Assembly: GCA_965645245.1 (NCBI GenBank)
Contig: OZ287080.1
Span: 434,001-498,000, forward strand
Source: Massalongia carnosa
Taxonomy: Eukaryota
Reading direction: 5' to 3'
Length of the DNA: 64,000 bases
Shown: positions 21,703-34,208 of the stretch, piece by piece
Layout of the letters: each line of letters begins with the position of its first letter
Position numbering within the stretch: the stretch's first letter is position 1
The notes under the pieces: model-generated
Told to the model about the DNA's origin: nothing
The model's database searches: none
Seen by the model: only the letters and a program-made list of their open reading frames with translations
Made by a program: the position numbers and the translations under genes

Positions 21703-24700
21703 ATGAGCTACAGATTCGTAATTCTGACTGCAAGAAGCATTGGATTGAGGTGAAGTACTGACGGTGGTACAGAATGATGATTACCACTATGAGCAAGAAA
21801 TCTATGGCAGCAGCGATGTACCTCATACGAGATTGAATAATTCTGCTTCAAGCTATGTACGAGCCTCGCTAGTACTCTCTCATACTTTTAATTTAATGCT
21901 GCGCTATTCAAACCTAGCATCCAGTTTCCTGGCACGACGGGGACGACCAGTTTCAGACATATACACGGCCTCAACGTGTAACGTCACATACATCAGATGG
22001 AGCCTTGTCGAGGTCCCTCCTTCCAGAAGCCCCCCAATATTCACCCCATATAGAGTATCCCAGAACAGATCAAGCACCTCTACCCTATCGCGCTCTAGAT
22101 CCAATCACCCCTGCGCACAGGAAGGCAATCCAGCGTCCTTCAATGTCCGACTACTCGGTAGATAGGACTATGTTGGAGGTAGCGCCCCTTCAACTTCGAC
22201 CTTCACCTCCAGCTTTTCTTTCACAGGATCCATGGAAACCGGAACGAGTTAGTCTACTATTCTACTTATTTGGTAGCGGAGAACTATAAATACAGGCCAG
22301 TTTCTGGCACGGTAGAACCTTTCACTTCTTCTATTTTCGACACTGTGTCATTAGCCGTTTAACCCCGTGCGCACCAGAGTTGTAGTCTGTACTTACTTAT
22401 CACATTCTAGAAGCCATCGGTAGAAGCCCCGGCTGGCTCAATCAATTTGGAGAGCTATCCAGCTTCGCGCAGCAGCATACAAACATCAAAACTGGTATAA
22501 TACACAGAGCATCCTTGTGCCTAATCAAGGAATTACTAATCTCGTTAGAACTCCCGAGTTGGGTTTGGCCCTGTGAGCTATGAGGATGATGCTATGCTCA
22601 CTAGGAGGCATGATACAACTCGTTATGAAGGATCCGAATCGCTGCACAACACGGATTTCTCTAAGCCCGTCAAGCAACCCTTGCGAAAGATGCAAAAAGT
22701 TCATCGAAACTTCTTTCACCCACGAGCTAAATATAGCTGGACAGCCCCACGCTCATATCAACCAGCGGGCCAATCGTTCCCTACAGGCGTTCGCTGGAAA
22801 CATCGTGACGCGATGCGACGGGTCTGGAACGGGCTAGAGGATGATCGGTATCTTGATCCCAAGGATGGAAAAATCAACAGCGTAGTTGTGCAAACGTCAG
22901 ACAACGTGTATGATGGGTCTCTTAATTCCACTTGGAAACGCACCTATGTTAGGAACGTGAGCTCCACAATTGTACGGGTTGCGCAATGGCCTTTCAAGAA
23001 GGTGCCGAAAGAGAAAGAGAAATGGACGAAGCAGGAGTGGACCGTTGTAGGCCTTTGGTGGCTTCCTACATGTATTTCACTTCTGCTAGTCGTACGTTAA
23101 ACCTTCGATCTCCCTTTTCTGCAAATCTGACAAGCTTTATAGATGGCTTTGCCTGCAGACGCAGGAGGTCAAATTAGAAACAACGGCTTCTATGATCCAT
23201 TCCCGTACAAATACTGGGGCTATGCCAGGGTTGCAAGAAATTTCCGCGAGGATGCGACGCCCAGATTACTCGAGGCTCGAGGCATTTCTGAAAGGATCCT
23301 TCGACCAAGGTACCTTTGCTTCTTGGAATATCCGGAAGATACCAATTCGCTTCACGGAGCGAAGCGAGTCTTGGTGGAAGAATGGCTAGCTGAGCATAGC
23401 GCTGCCGCGGAGATTAATTACCTTTTCATGTCATATACAGGTTTGCAATTCAGTAAGACTTCCGAGGATGATATGAATGCTCTGCGAGAAATAGCAGACA
23501 AGGCAACCAGGGACTTTGGCCTCCAAGCGTACTGGATTGATCTCGATTGTATGCCCGACGAGAATGAATTAGAGGACGATGTCCATCGAATCAGCGATGT
23601 GGTCCGCGGTGCTCATACGCTTGCCATTGCCGTTGGTCCTCGTGCGGAGGATGAGGAGCGAGGGGGAACAACGCATGAGTACCTCAAGGTTTGGGGGGAG
23701 CGCATGTGGACTTGGCCAGAAGTTCTCCTTGCTCCAACCGGCTCCGAAATTCTGGTCTACACTAGAGGGGCAAATTTAAACAAGCCTTTAAAGGTTGACA
23801 AAAGAAATTTTCCAGCCTTGGTGTGGGATGATGCACCCATTGCACGGCAGCTAATGGATCACTACGAGGGAACGTTGGGCCTCAGCCGTTTGGAGTTGGT
23901 TGTTCTCGGCTTGCAGTGTTTGAAAAATCGCAGCGGAGGAACGAAAAAGTACTGCGATGGTGATTTATCATACGCTTTGATGGGGCTTTTGCGGCAAAGG
24001 CCGAAAGTGGACCAAGGCGATTCGGCATTCCAAGCATTCGCACGGTTGTCGCTTGCCAACGATAGCGATATGCTGCTGGAACGTCTCATCTGCGTTCTCC
24101 CAAAGGATCCAAAGGGGGATTGGTCTGCCATGGATGACAGCTGGGACGTGAAGCTATGGGACATATATCCTTCCTCCCAAATTGCCGGGATTGGGGAAGA
24201 TGACACGGTGCTAATTGACGGGGCATTCGGGGCTGCGATCCGTTGGGATTCCTTCGCCAAAGTGGCCATAACGACACGAGAAACGTGGACGCGGCTGATA
24301 TCTAGAATACTCGTGCGAGGTACCCCGCTGTGGTTCTTCAACGGCATCCTCCTCGTTTCCGTGGGGGGCGGCAGCACCAAGGCAGCGGGAGCCATCTTCC
24401 TCGTCATGGCCCTCATCACCATCCTCCTCTCCCCAATCCTCATCACGCACATCTACAGTGGCAAGCTCTGGAGCACGCAGCCATGGCTGTTCGGCTTCGA
24501 GGGCTACCTCGACCTCGAAACGATTGAGTGCAAGGTCTTCGGCTTCGCGCAGGACCGCCTTTCCTGGAGCCCTTTCGGCAGCCCGCTCTCGCGACACCGC
24601 GAAGTCGGTGGCGAATGCGAGGGCCAAGATCCCGTCGCGACGGACCCGGCTATCCGCGCCCTGGTGGACCGCGCCGAGACGAACAACTTCTACCCGGAGC

Positions 24701-24966
24701 CCAAAGTCTTCACTTTAGTCGACACCAACACCATGACCGTCACCATGATCGAGGCCGCGCGGCCGCCGGTCATGGCGCTCCTGTGCGGCTCCGAGGGCGG
24801 CATGCAGCGCGCCGTGCTGTGCTCGTACGACTGGAAGGGGCAGACGCTGTTCCGTGAGTCAGTCGTTCGCATGGAGACGCGCGTGCTGGAGAAGATGTCG
24901 AGGGTGGGGAAGGTAAGGTTTGGGATGAGGAGGGCTGGGGGTGCGACGAGGATGGCGGAGGTGTGA
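21703..24966 (+). CDS. Conserved fungal membrane protein with HET-like domain
   Basis: The 607-aa last exon carries HET-type motifs (FMSYT, YWIDLDC, W..RMWTWPE) and a TM pair (LWFFNG...ILITHIY). An upstream exon (~22550-23092) joins through intron 23093-23142. The 5' exons and the start at 21703 are tentative. Confidence 0.7.
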
Positions 24967-25187
24967 TTGGGGTGTTTTAGTAAAGGGGGGGGAAGGGAAG
25001 AGGGGTTTTTTTTCTGAGGGCTGGTTCTCTCTCTCTCTTGCTGGTGGGGAGTTGCTGGGAGGATTTGATACATATTTAGCGGGTGTTGATCGTGGGTTTC
25101 CCCCTCCCCCCCAAAGAATGGAGATATATGGGATGTATGGATTAAATAAATCCTAATCCTGCTTAACTCTTGTTCCCCCTGACCCCC

Positions 25188-25226
<39 letters not shown>

Positions 25227-25462
25227 TTTTCAGCCTCGGCTCTAGGTGTAAAATTTTTAGGTTTAGGTTTTAGGTCTAGTGTTGATACATATATTATCAC
25301 TATTGTGATTTTTCGCGGGCTGAACGGTACATTAGATCCCCACCCACCGTCTTTGAGGGAGAGGGGAGTTATTCTCTACAACGACTGTTAAAAAAGGCCC
25401 TGCGTTCCCCCTCCCCCCCCTCTTCCCAGTTATAGCAACACACCCTTTACTCGCTCACCCAC

Positions 25463-27099
25463 TCACACCCATCCACCCTCACAGCCCACCTCCCCCCCCC
25501 CCTCCCCGCTCCACCGCTCACCAATCCCAAACGTGAGCCTTAGATGCCTTCTCGTCCGCCAGCACAGGCGCTCCTCGGCCCACACCCCCGCGCACGCCGC
25601 TCGCTCCAGCACGCGCCAGATATCCCTCTCGGTGTCCAGGCGTCCCAGGTGGTTCAGGCCTAGCGTTCCCCTGATGGCGAAGATGCGCTTGAAATGGTTG
25701 AGCGCGTCCCAGGCTGCGTGCCCGCGGTCGTGCGCGTGCCCGGTGAAAATCGCGCCGTCGCCATCGCTGTCGCCGTGACGCTGCCGTTGCTGCTGCGGGG
25801 TCAGCGCCGAGGCGCGCTCGGTGCAGTTCGTGCACAAGAGGCGGCGGGCGCTGAACTTGACAAAATTGCTGTGGAGGAAGAGCGGGCGGAAGGTGTCGAG
25901 GTTGCGGGGGTCGGCTTGCAGCATGCCTATCCCCGTGCCTGTGGACTCGTCGTTGCCCTTGTTGTAGTATTGCGTTTCGAGGTCGTGCGGAATTTGGGTG
26001 ACGGGAAGGGAGAGGGCGCGCAGGGCGGTGGGGAAAGTATCTTTGTCGCCCCACCCGGGACCGCCTTGGGTGATGAGAGTGTAAAAGTATTGGGGGCCGT
26101 GGTAGTTGTAGTAGGCGCTGAGGCAGAGGGTCTGGGTTAGAACGATTAGCTGGGTAAACCTTACGGGGTAGATGTAAATACCTTCCAGTGACGTTTCTTG
26201 TCCCAGAGCATTTGGCCGGAATCGACGGTCGTGATGTTGGGAAGGAATCTGCTCCGCGTTTCTTTTTGCCCGGTGATGTATGGAAGCCATGGCGCCTGGG
26301 TGCTTTTCCAGTAATCCGGCCATAGGATCATACCGGTGTTCTGAAACGCTGGGGAGTCGAAGATCGTGTCAGGGTTTACGACAGGCATGCTATCGCAGTC
26401 CAGAAACAACACCTCCTTGAAGGAGGAGAAGAATATGGCGGCAACCTTGTATTGGTATGGATTGGGGAAAGCCATCATCTCCCCTAAGTAGTCGCCGAGA
26501 TAACGGCAGTTTATCCCATCCACCGCTAACTCGTCACACCAGCCTTCTTCTTCTTCAAACGAGTCCTTCAGCCACATCTCGACCGGAAGTCGACTGCCCG
26601 AACGACGCAGCATTCCCAGCGTCGTCGACGCATATTCCGAATATCTCCCCCCAGCCACCATGACAACACCACGACCTGCATACACCTCCTCTGGGTAATC
26701 AGGCAATGTTTCAACGAGCATCCGATGCTTCCTGCGCATAATCTTTGCGTCGCCGAATGTCATGTTGAGGAAGTCGTGGAGCATATCTACTGTAGGTGCA
26801 GTCGTCTGACCCTGGGGGAAGTCTCTTTGAGGAAGGTCCATCTGCGGTCTGAACCTTTCGAATAAACTTTCTAGGTAAAGCCAGGTGTTCCATATTTGGC
26901 CATTGTAGTCGAGAGCCGGCGGAACGTGTATGTGGCTGCATCTAGATGCGCCTTTTGATCTGAAGAACTGGCTAGAAAGCTGTAAAGGGCGATGGATGGA
27001 CAGTGTTTGTAAATAGAAGATGGTGATGATGATGAGAAACAACTTGATTAACCTATTGACCTTCTGTCCTGCTGTTGGTCGCATAATCAGGGCATCCAT
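25463..27099 (-). CDS. Alpha-1,2-mannosyltransferase, MNN2/MNN5-like (GT71)
   Basis: It has a type II anchor, GRGVVMVAGG, LPVEMW, YQYKVAAIFFSSFKEVLFLDCD, LWPDYW, DSGQ, YYN..GP..FY and GDKDTF. Intron 26132-26181. Confidence 0.9.
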
Positions 27100-29544
27100 T
27101 CACGATGTCATAACACCTCTCCACTCTAGAAACTCTCCCCACTCAAATGGAAACCGTGCGTACCAGACAAAGTTGGAAAAAGCAAAGGACTTCGTACCTC
27201 ATATATGAAAAACATGGTGCCGTAGATGGTATCATGCTTGAAAACATATGGAAGCAGCATACACCATGGATAGCAACAAAGAATGGTTTATGCCAGAGAT
27301 AGACCAACAAACATCTCTTCATCAAGCCCAGCCAGATATTGCCCATATTTCTTTTATCTTTTTCTCCCGTAAGAACAAGACGACGCGGGACCATCGAAGC
27401 GAAACCGACGTTGTTAGTCGGTCACTTTACCACTTGTGGGAAGGGTGCGGGATGGGTTGGGTTGGAAGACGGATAGATAAATAGAAAGGTTTGAGGACAG
27501 AACAGAGCAAGATACTCAGTCAGTATCATGTCCATACCTGGGCGGTTTTGTTTTCAGTCTTTGAATCTAATGTTTTGTTTTTAACCTTTCGTTCTCCACT
27601 CGTTGACCTACTAAAGGGTCCAGAATCTTACCCGTGGGTAGCACCATGATTAAGTTAGGAAGGCGTTTCTAACCGGATAACATATTAGATAGCCGGAAAT
27701 GAAAAGGTATTCCGGACTGATGCTCATTCTTCAAACCTCCAAATCACCGTCACAAAATACCATCCGTCAGCACACGCTAGCTATCGCGTGCTCGGAGATC
27801 TGATGTTCAGGTACAGAGAGCAGAGAACCGCTCCTATAATAAAGAAATAAGAGGCGAATTTTCAATAAGCTTAGGTCAGCCATTAATCATTCCTTTGGCT
27901 CGTTCCTGGCTTTGAAGAAAAAGAAGAAAGAGTTAATGTGGAAATATCCACAGCGAAGAGTAGCTTATTGAAGGAATGAATGTCTAGAAGGCGAAGCGTC
28001 TGAATGATTGACTAACTAGCTTGATGACTAGACGTCGAATGGCTGATCGAGTCTATGCATACTCGAACAATAAGTAAGCGTGCAGACATTTAGATAATAG
28101 ACGGTTGACCAATTGAACGTGTAGTGAAATGAAGCTTCGCCTGGAAATGAAGAATATGTATAAAACCCATCGTATATGAGTAGCCGTCCCCCTGACGGAA
28201 TAGGAAACAAGCTATCCCAGCATAATGAATTTGTGGGGCCTTCATTACCACGTAGACTGTTCCACATGCGCCAGTACTACTTCTCTGCCGGCATCGCTCA
28301 GCCGGTTTTCACAGAGCGCTACACAGCAGACAGCTGGAGACTGGCTGTAGTAGTAGTATGTTAGAAAGATTTTGGGCAACTTTCGGCAATCGAAAGAGAT
28401 TCTTCATGGGGTTGAGAATAATCTGATACAAATCACCGTGAATCCTCGGTTTCAGTCACCGAAGGCTGAGCTCAGCGCTGTTCCCTTGGCTTGGACGGAA
28501 ACCTTGGGAAAGAGAACCAAATACCTTGGCATCCGTTATGTATCCACGTCTTCCAAGGCAAGCCGAACTCGGCTCGATTCTTAAAGCTTTTCATTCTACT
28601 ATTCACATCCGGAGGGGACTACGAAGCCAAGGATGCGGAGAGATATTGCAATCTGGATCAACACGGAGAAGATTCCTCTGAAACCATCCAAATCCTCATC
28701 AGGGCAACTCCCTAGCTTTGAAACTGGCTATCTCGACTGTTGTTCAGTGGCACCATTGATCAAACAAGCCAACCAGAATCTTAAGGGATTTCCATGTAGC
28801 AAGGGAAGTTAACGATTCATTAATCGCATTGAAAGCGGGTTGCTTCACGCGTGGATGTTCATCGGTCGAAATATCCTCGAGCATTGATCATCTCCGATGG
28901 CTGAAGCGTACCTTAGCGTTTCTGTGCCGTGGTCGTTGAGTGATGACGGGACGGATTGAAGGGACGGGGAAATTATTTATTTCGTTGTGGAGGGTTCCTC
29001 GGCTCAGGGCTTTACGAGTCACTCGAGTCAGGAACACGTGACTGGTGACTAACGTTTGGCTTCGGCAGTCTAACCCTAGGGAAGCTAGCGGGTTCTCAGC
29101 CATCTTGGCGTCATTCCAACGGTTCGTGAATTACAGAGTACATCGTGATCGTTGTAAGTACAAATACTCCGTCCATAGTACTCGTACCTATGATAAGGAT
29201 AAAGGCGCTTTCCTCGTTCCTCGTTCCTCTTGTTCTCATACCCAGTACCTCAATGTTTCACGACTCCCCATGGCCTTGTCACTGCCCTTGTCACTGCCAG
29301 TCGTGATGATACCATAACGTCACGGATTTCCAACGGTAGGTACATACAGGGTGTTTGATGTCACGTGTAAATGAACTAGGGACTCCCTTCCAAACGGCTA
29401 CCGGGATAATTGACATGTTCTATTCGCTCTTTCGCCCTTTGGCCTTCACCCTTCTGTTCCATGAATCCTTCTCCGTCGCCAATCTTGTGGCTGCTTCGGC
29501 TGCTTCTCCCGCGCTAGGTGCTAGCTGCAGCGTACGGTGATGTA

Positions 29545-29670
29545 CAATGTACTATGTATCATATACTATGTACCATATACTATGTACCATATACTATGTA
29601 CCATATACTATGTACGAAGTACCATATACTACTTATGTACTCTGTACTATGTACTATGTATACTATGTAC
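29545..29670. repeat. 14-bp minisatellite (TACTATGTACCATA)n with decayed flanks
   Basis: About 4-5 near-perfect tandem copies at 29550-29615, followed by TACTATG fragments. Confidence 0.85.
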
Positions 29671-30532
29671 AGAGTAACTAGAGTACGTGGTTTCCAGATT
29701 AGCGCTATACTGTGTAATGTTCCCGTGTCAGCTATCAGGGGATTCGTGACCCAACGTTTTGCCATCGCTGTAAATATCGTCAGACTTCCACTGTCAATCA
29801 CCACCCCCCCAAATCGTGCGTTGGAACATCCGTGTTTGAACATTTCCTCTGTGAGGTTTTGCTCTCGCTTTCATTGGCTCTCGCAGTCATTCATGTCACT
29901 CATTATACCTACGATTTGTATTTACTGCTTCCGTGCCTGTAGATGATTATTTTACCGACGAACCAGAATAACGACAACGAACGAAGTGGCTGACTCACGG
30001 AGTCAACCTCCCTGACGAAAAACTGGGAACAATCACTTCATTCTCTTTACGTAGTTACACTTATCGCGACCTGTTTCCTTTGTTCCTAGACAACAAATTG
30101 TCGTGGATTGTTCGTGGGAAACAATGCCAACGAAAGAAAGTCGTTCTTTTCCAGTCGGCACAAAGAACCATTGTCTCGTCATCTTATTGCTCTCGCTCTC
30201 GAGGGGTGGAGATGGATTTTTAACTTAGATTTACTTCTTTCATTTATCTTCCTCCAACAAAAGCATCGTTATCAATTTCGCCATCGCAAAACCTCCATAG
30301 AACAGCAACTTGGAATTCACCGATTGCTCTGGAAGCAAATCACGATTTCGATTTACCACAAATCTATCCAACCAAGCTCCTCGGGCCCTTCGAGTGCACA
30401 CTATCGTTATCCGGACTCCGACAAAACATTCAGCTTTCTCGCTACTTGCTGGTCAGAGCGATTCATACTCCCCTCGGTCTCTCTCGGAGTATTCTGCGAA
30501 TAACCTCCACTCTCACAGCCAGGCCGCAAACG

Positions 30533-32404
30533 ATGGCTCCGGCTAGGAATGACACAGGATTTGCGTATGCCAAGTCCACCTTCATCGCCCCTTACACCAC
30601 AGGTTTAAATGGCGTCAACCTAGGTAATGTCACCCTTGAAGCAGATTATAGCACAGGTCTTAACGGAGTACGTTTAGGTACGGACAACCTGGTAACGCGT
30701 TTGCTGTGGTTCTCTGTGGCCGGTTTCTGCCTTTTGATTGTGATTGGGAGGCTGTTGCAGATCGGGAACGCACACCTCCGACACCTGCTCAACCTGACGG
30801 CCAACCCGGTACAACAAATCTTCTGGTCCCACGACAAATCAAACACTTGGCCGCGCCTCAAGAAATACCTCTTGTACGCCCCGCTGTACAGAAAACGACA
30901 TAATCGAGAGATTCAGCTGTCAAAGGCGATCAACGTCGGAACGCTTCCCTCGCGGCTGCATACAGTTCTTCTCCTCCTCTACCTCCTCAGCAACGTCGTC
31001 TATTGCTGCCTTCTCGATTTTAAGAAAAACAACAAAGCTGCCCTTGTAGCAGAAGTTCGAGGAAGGACCGGGCATCTCTCGGTGGTGAACATGGTCCCTC
31101 TCATCGTTCTTGCAGGCCGGAACAACCCCCTCATTCCGCTTCTCCGGGTCAGCTTTGACACATACAACCTCTTTCACCGATGGATTGGCAGGATCGTGGT
31201 ACTGGAGGCCGTGGCACATACTTGTGCATGGGGTGTCAACATGCACGCCGCCAAAGGGTTCGCAGGAATCAATGAGAGTCTCAACGGTAGCCCTTTTATA
31301 CAGTGGGGAGCCGTCGCAACGGTTTCCATGGTGGTGATCCTCCTCCAATCCCCTTCCAGCATCCGCCACGCCTTTTACGAAGTCTTCCTCCATCTTCATC
31401 AACTTTGCGCCTTTCTCGCCATTCTGGGAGTCTTCGTGCATTCCTTAAAAGCCCGTTTACCGCAGCAACGGTACATCAACTGGATGATCTCTGTGTGGAT
31501 CATGGAACGCATCGTGAGGTGCGTTCGCATTGTGTATCGAAACATCTCCATGCGCGGATGCACCAAAGTCACGGTAGAAGCAATGCCTGGTGAGGCATGC
31601 CGTGTGACTTTTGAGCTTAAACGGCCATGGCGGTACACCCCAGGCTGCCACGTCTACGCCTATCTCCCCAGCGTGTCCCTCTGGATGTCCCATCCGTTCT
31701 CCATCGCCTGGTGTGAAGAACGCCCCGTTCCGTATCTCTCCCTCGAAGACGAGAAACTCCCATCATCGAACCGCGACCTCGATCTTCCGTCCGCCACGCG
31801 CACTGCAACATCCATCTCCCTTGTCATGTGCAAGCGTACCGGCATGACGGCGAAGCTTTACGACAAAGCGCGCGCTTCCCCCACGGGCATCATCACCATG
31901 ACCGGCGCTGTCGAGGGACCTTACGGCGGCCTCGAATCCCTTCACTCCTATGGCACTGTTGTCCTCTTCGCTGGCGGCGTCGGCATCACCCATCAGATCT
32001 CGCATGTCAAGGATCTTCTCAACGGCCACCAAGCCGGCACCGTCGCCACGCGAAAGGTCATTTTGGTCTGGTCGGTGCGCACGACGGAAACGCTGGAGTG
32101 GGTGCGCCCCTGGATGGACGACATCCTAGCCATGCCGAACCGGCGCGAGGTGCTCAAGGTGCTCCTTTTCGTGACCAAGCCGCGCAACGTGCGCGAGGTG
32201 GTCAGCCGCAGCGAGAGGGTGCAGATGTTCCCCGGGCGCGCCAACCCACGGGTCATCCTGGAGAAGGAAATGCAGACGCGGGTGGGCGCAATGGCCGTCA
32301 CCGTCTGCGGGCCGGGCGCGTTCGCGGACGACGTGCGGGCGGCGGCGCGGGAGCAGGTGGAGGTTGGAACGGTTGATTTTGTGGAGGAGAGTTTTACGTG
32401 GTAG
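30533..32404 (+). CDS. Ferric/cupric reductase transmembrane component (FRE family)
   Basis: Intronless. Motifs: GRNNPL, heme His pairs FHRWIGR..H and YEVFLHLH..H, FAD motif HPFSI, EGPYG, NADPH motif AGGVGIT, CGPG and C-terminal EESFTW. The first ATG is at 30533. Confidence 0.92.
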   Translation: MAPARNDTGFAYAKSTFIAPYTTGLNGVNLGNVTLEADYSTGLNGVRLGTDNLVTRLLWFSVAGFCLLIVIGRLLQIGNAHLRHLLNLTANPVQQIFWSHDKSNTWPRLKKYLLYAPLYRKRHNREIQLSKAINVGTLPSRLHTVLLLLYLLSNVVYCCLLDFKKNNKAALVAEVRGRTGHLSVVNMVPLIVLAGRNNPLIPLLRVSFDTYNLFHRWIGRIVVLEAVAHTCAWGVNMHAAKGFAGINESLNGSPFIQWGAVATVSMVVILLQSPSSIRHAFYEVFLHLHQLCAFLAILGVFVHSLKARLPQQRYINWMISVWIMERIVRCVRIVYRNISMRGCTKVTVEAMPGEACRVTFELKRPWRYTPGCHVYAYLPSVSLWMSHPFSIAWCEERPVPYLSLEDEKLPSSNRDLDLPSATRTATSISLVMCKRTGMTAKLYDKARASPTGIITMTGAVEGPYGGLESLHSYGTVVLFAGGVGITHQISHVKDLLNGHQAGTVATRKVILVWSVRTTETLEWVRPWMDDILAMPNRREVLKVLLFVTKPRNVREVVSRSERVQMFPGRANPRVILEKEMQTRVGAMAVTVCGPGAFADDVRAAAREQVEVGTVDFVEESFTW

Positions 32405-33012
32405 GATGGGAGGAGAAGGGGGCGGGGTTTGCATGGGCCGATGGGCTGTACATACTCTCTCGGCACATAATCCGTGATTTTTATATCTTTGAGGGGGGAC
32501 AGCTCGGCGGAGATGTATGGGGATGTACAATGCCCGGGGCGGGAACGCATAGACAGACGGATCGAGATATTTAATACACCACAGAGCCTTGCGAAGGCAA
32601 GGCCGTATGAGGGGTTTCGTCCACTTTTCTCGTTCGTCGTTGATCGGTCAATGCTCTCTCCTTCGCCGTTGGCGTTTTATGGTCTTCAGGTACGGTTCTT
32701 GGCCTTGCTGGATATTCCGCTCTTCCGCTCTTCCGCTCTTCCGTCCTTGATCCACCCATCCATTCGTTCGTTCATTCAGCACGCTCGTTCCCACCTCGTG
32801 TTCGCATGAGCGCTGCAACAACCCCTCACCAAAGCTCATGCGATGAATAGATAAGTAGATGTTGTGGTTGTTTGAACGGTTGGATGGATAGGAGGGATTG
32901 CGCGATCGGCGGAAGTGAAAGCCCCAAAGCTAGCTCCTCCTCACCACTACATAAACCCCCCTTTCCCCCATGCCGCGGCCGCGAAACCGGCTCCTTTGAT
33001 TTACTCCTTCAT

Positions 33013-33752
33013 TCACTCCTCAGCGTCGACGTTAAGGAAGGGGTTGGCGATCTGCTCGGTGCCGTCGAGAGGGGAGATAAGCACGAGCAGAGTGCCGCGG
33101 GCGACGATGAGGCCGAGGGGACGGGTAGAGGGGTTGTTGTCGTCGTCTGGGAAGGGTGAGTGAGGATGGGGGTTAGAGAGGAAAGAAGGGAAAGGGGGAG
33201 GGTCGGGGATGCTGACCTCTGAGAAGTTCTTTAACGTCGTCGAGGACTAGGTTCATGAGCTGGTCGTAGCCTTTCAGGGTACCGACCACTGGATGAGATA
33301 GGTGTGATTAGCACGATTGATAATGGATGACGTGTGTTGTTCTTCATCATTGTGGGATAGATGGTAACCATGACGAAGGTGACGAGCAGCGAGCGAGCAT
33401 ACCCGATGTACAGGAAGGAATGAAGACGAGCGAGAGCGAGAAAACTGGTGGTGGAGGATTTGGGGGGGGGGGGGTGATTCGCCCACACACCTTCACGGCC
33501 ACCACTAAATTTCACCGTAATGGCCTTGTCCATATATTTGCCCAGATCGAGAATATTCTCCTTCTTCGGCTTTTCAGCCTGATGATGCTGAGCCCCTCCG
33601 TTGCCGCCGCCACCCCGGGCGATCGTGGTGGGGCCACTGCTACCTCCACCACTACCACCGCGGCCGCCACCGCCGCGAGGGTGATGGTCATTGTTATTGC
33701 TGTTGCTTCCTCGTGCGCCGCCGCGGCCTCGGAAATGGGCGCGTTCGGACAT
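33013..33752 (-). CDS. LSM7: U6 snRNA-associated Sm-like protein LSm7
   Basis: Three exons: a Gly/Arg-rich N-terminus with KPKKENILDLGKYMDK...FSGGRE, then VVGTLKGYDQLMNLVLDDV, then RPLGLIVARGTLLVLISPLDG..IANPF. Confidence 0.95.
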
Positions 33753-34165
33753 GTGGGGGAGGAAGGTGGGGGATGTAGGAAAGGAAGGATGGCAAAGGGG
33801 AGGGTGGGGGTGTTTGGTGGGTGTGGGTTCCTTTTTTTTCTTTTTTTAATCTTTTTTTTTCTTTTATTTTTTAACGGGGTATGGTTCGATCGGGTTAGAT
33901 TAATGTGATTTTCTTTTTTCTTTTTTCTTCTTTATTCCTACTTTGATTTATGGGGGGGGGGAAGGGGGGGTTCACCAACTGGGTGAGGATGTACTTCCGT
34001 ACGGAGCAACTCTGTAGAGTTTTGTGTGGATGGGGCGGATGACGGGCTGGATCAATGGGTGTGGGTCTCTTGCGGGTGATTGGAGGGGGATCCTGAACCG
34101 GGGGACGGGAGTTTCGCGGGTTCTAGACTCTGGACGGAGTTACTCTGTAACTTGGCTATGAGACC

Positions 34166-34208
34166 GGGGCTTTGGGGTTTTGGGGCTTTGGCTTTGGGGC
34201 TTTGGGGG
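34166..34208 (+). repeat. (GGGGCTTT)n tandem repeat, G-quadruplex-capable
   Basis: Five G4-5 tracts separated mostly by 4-nt C/T loops. Confidence 0.75.

Noticed and set aside
25255..25280. Telomere-like TTAGG repeats
   Set aside because: Only 3-4 degenerate units, not TTAGGG, within a low-complexity spacer.
28491..28715. Ankyrin-like fragment (LLFTSGGDYEAKD, TIQILIRA)
   Set aside because: It is too short, with no TPLH motif or gene structure, and cannot be supported without an HMM search.
29850..30530. Iron or copper regulatory motifs upstream of FRE
   Set aside because: There is no ATCWGATAA match, and TTTGCTCT only partly matches the CuRE.
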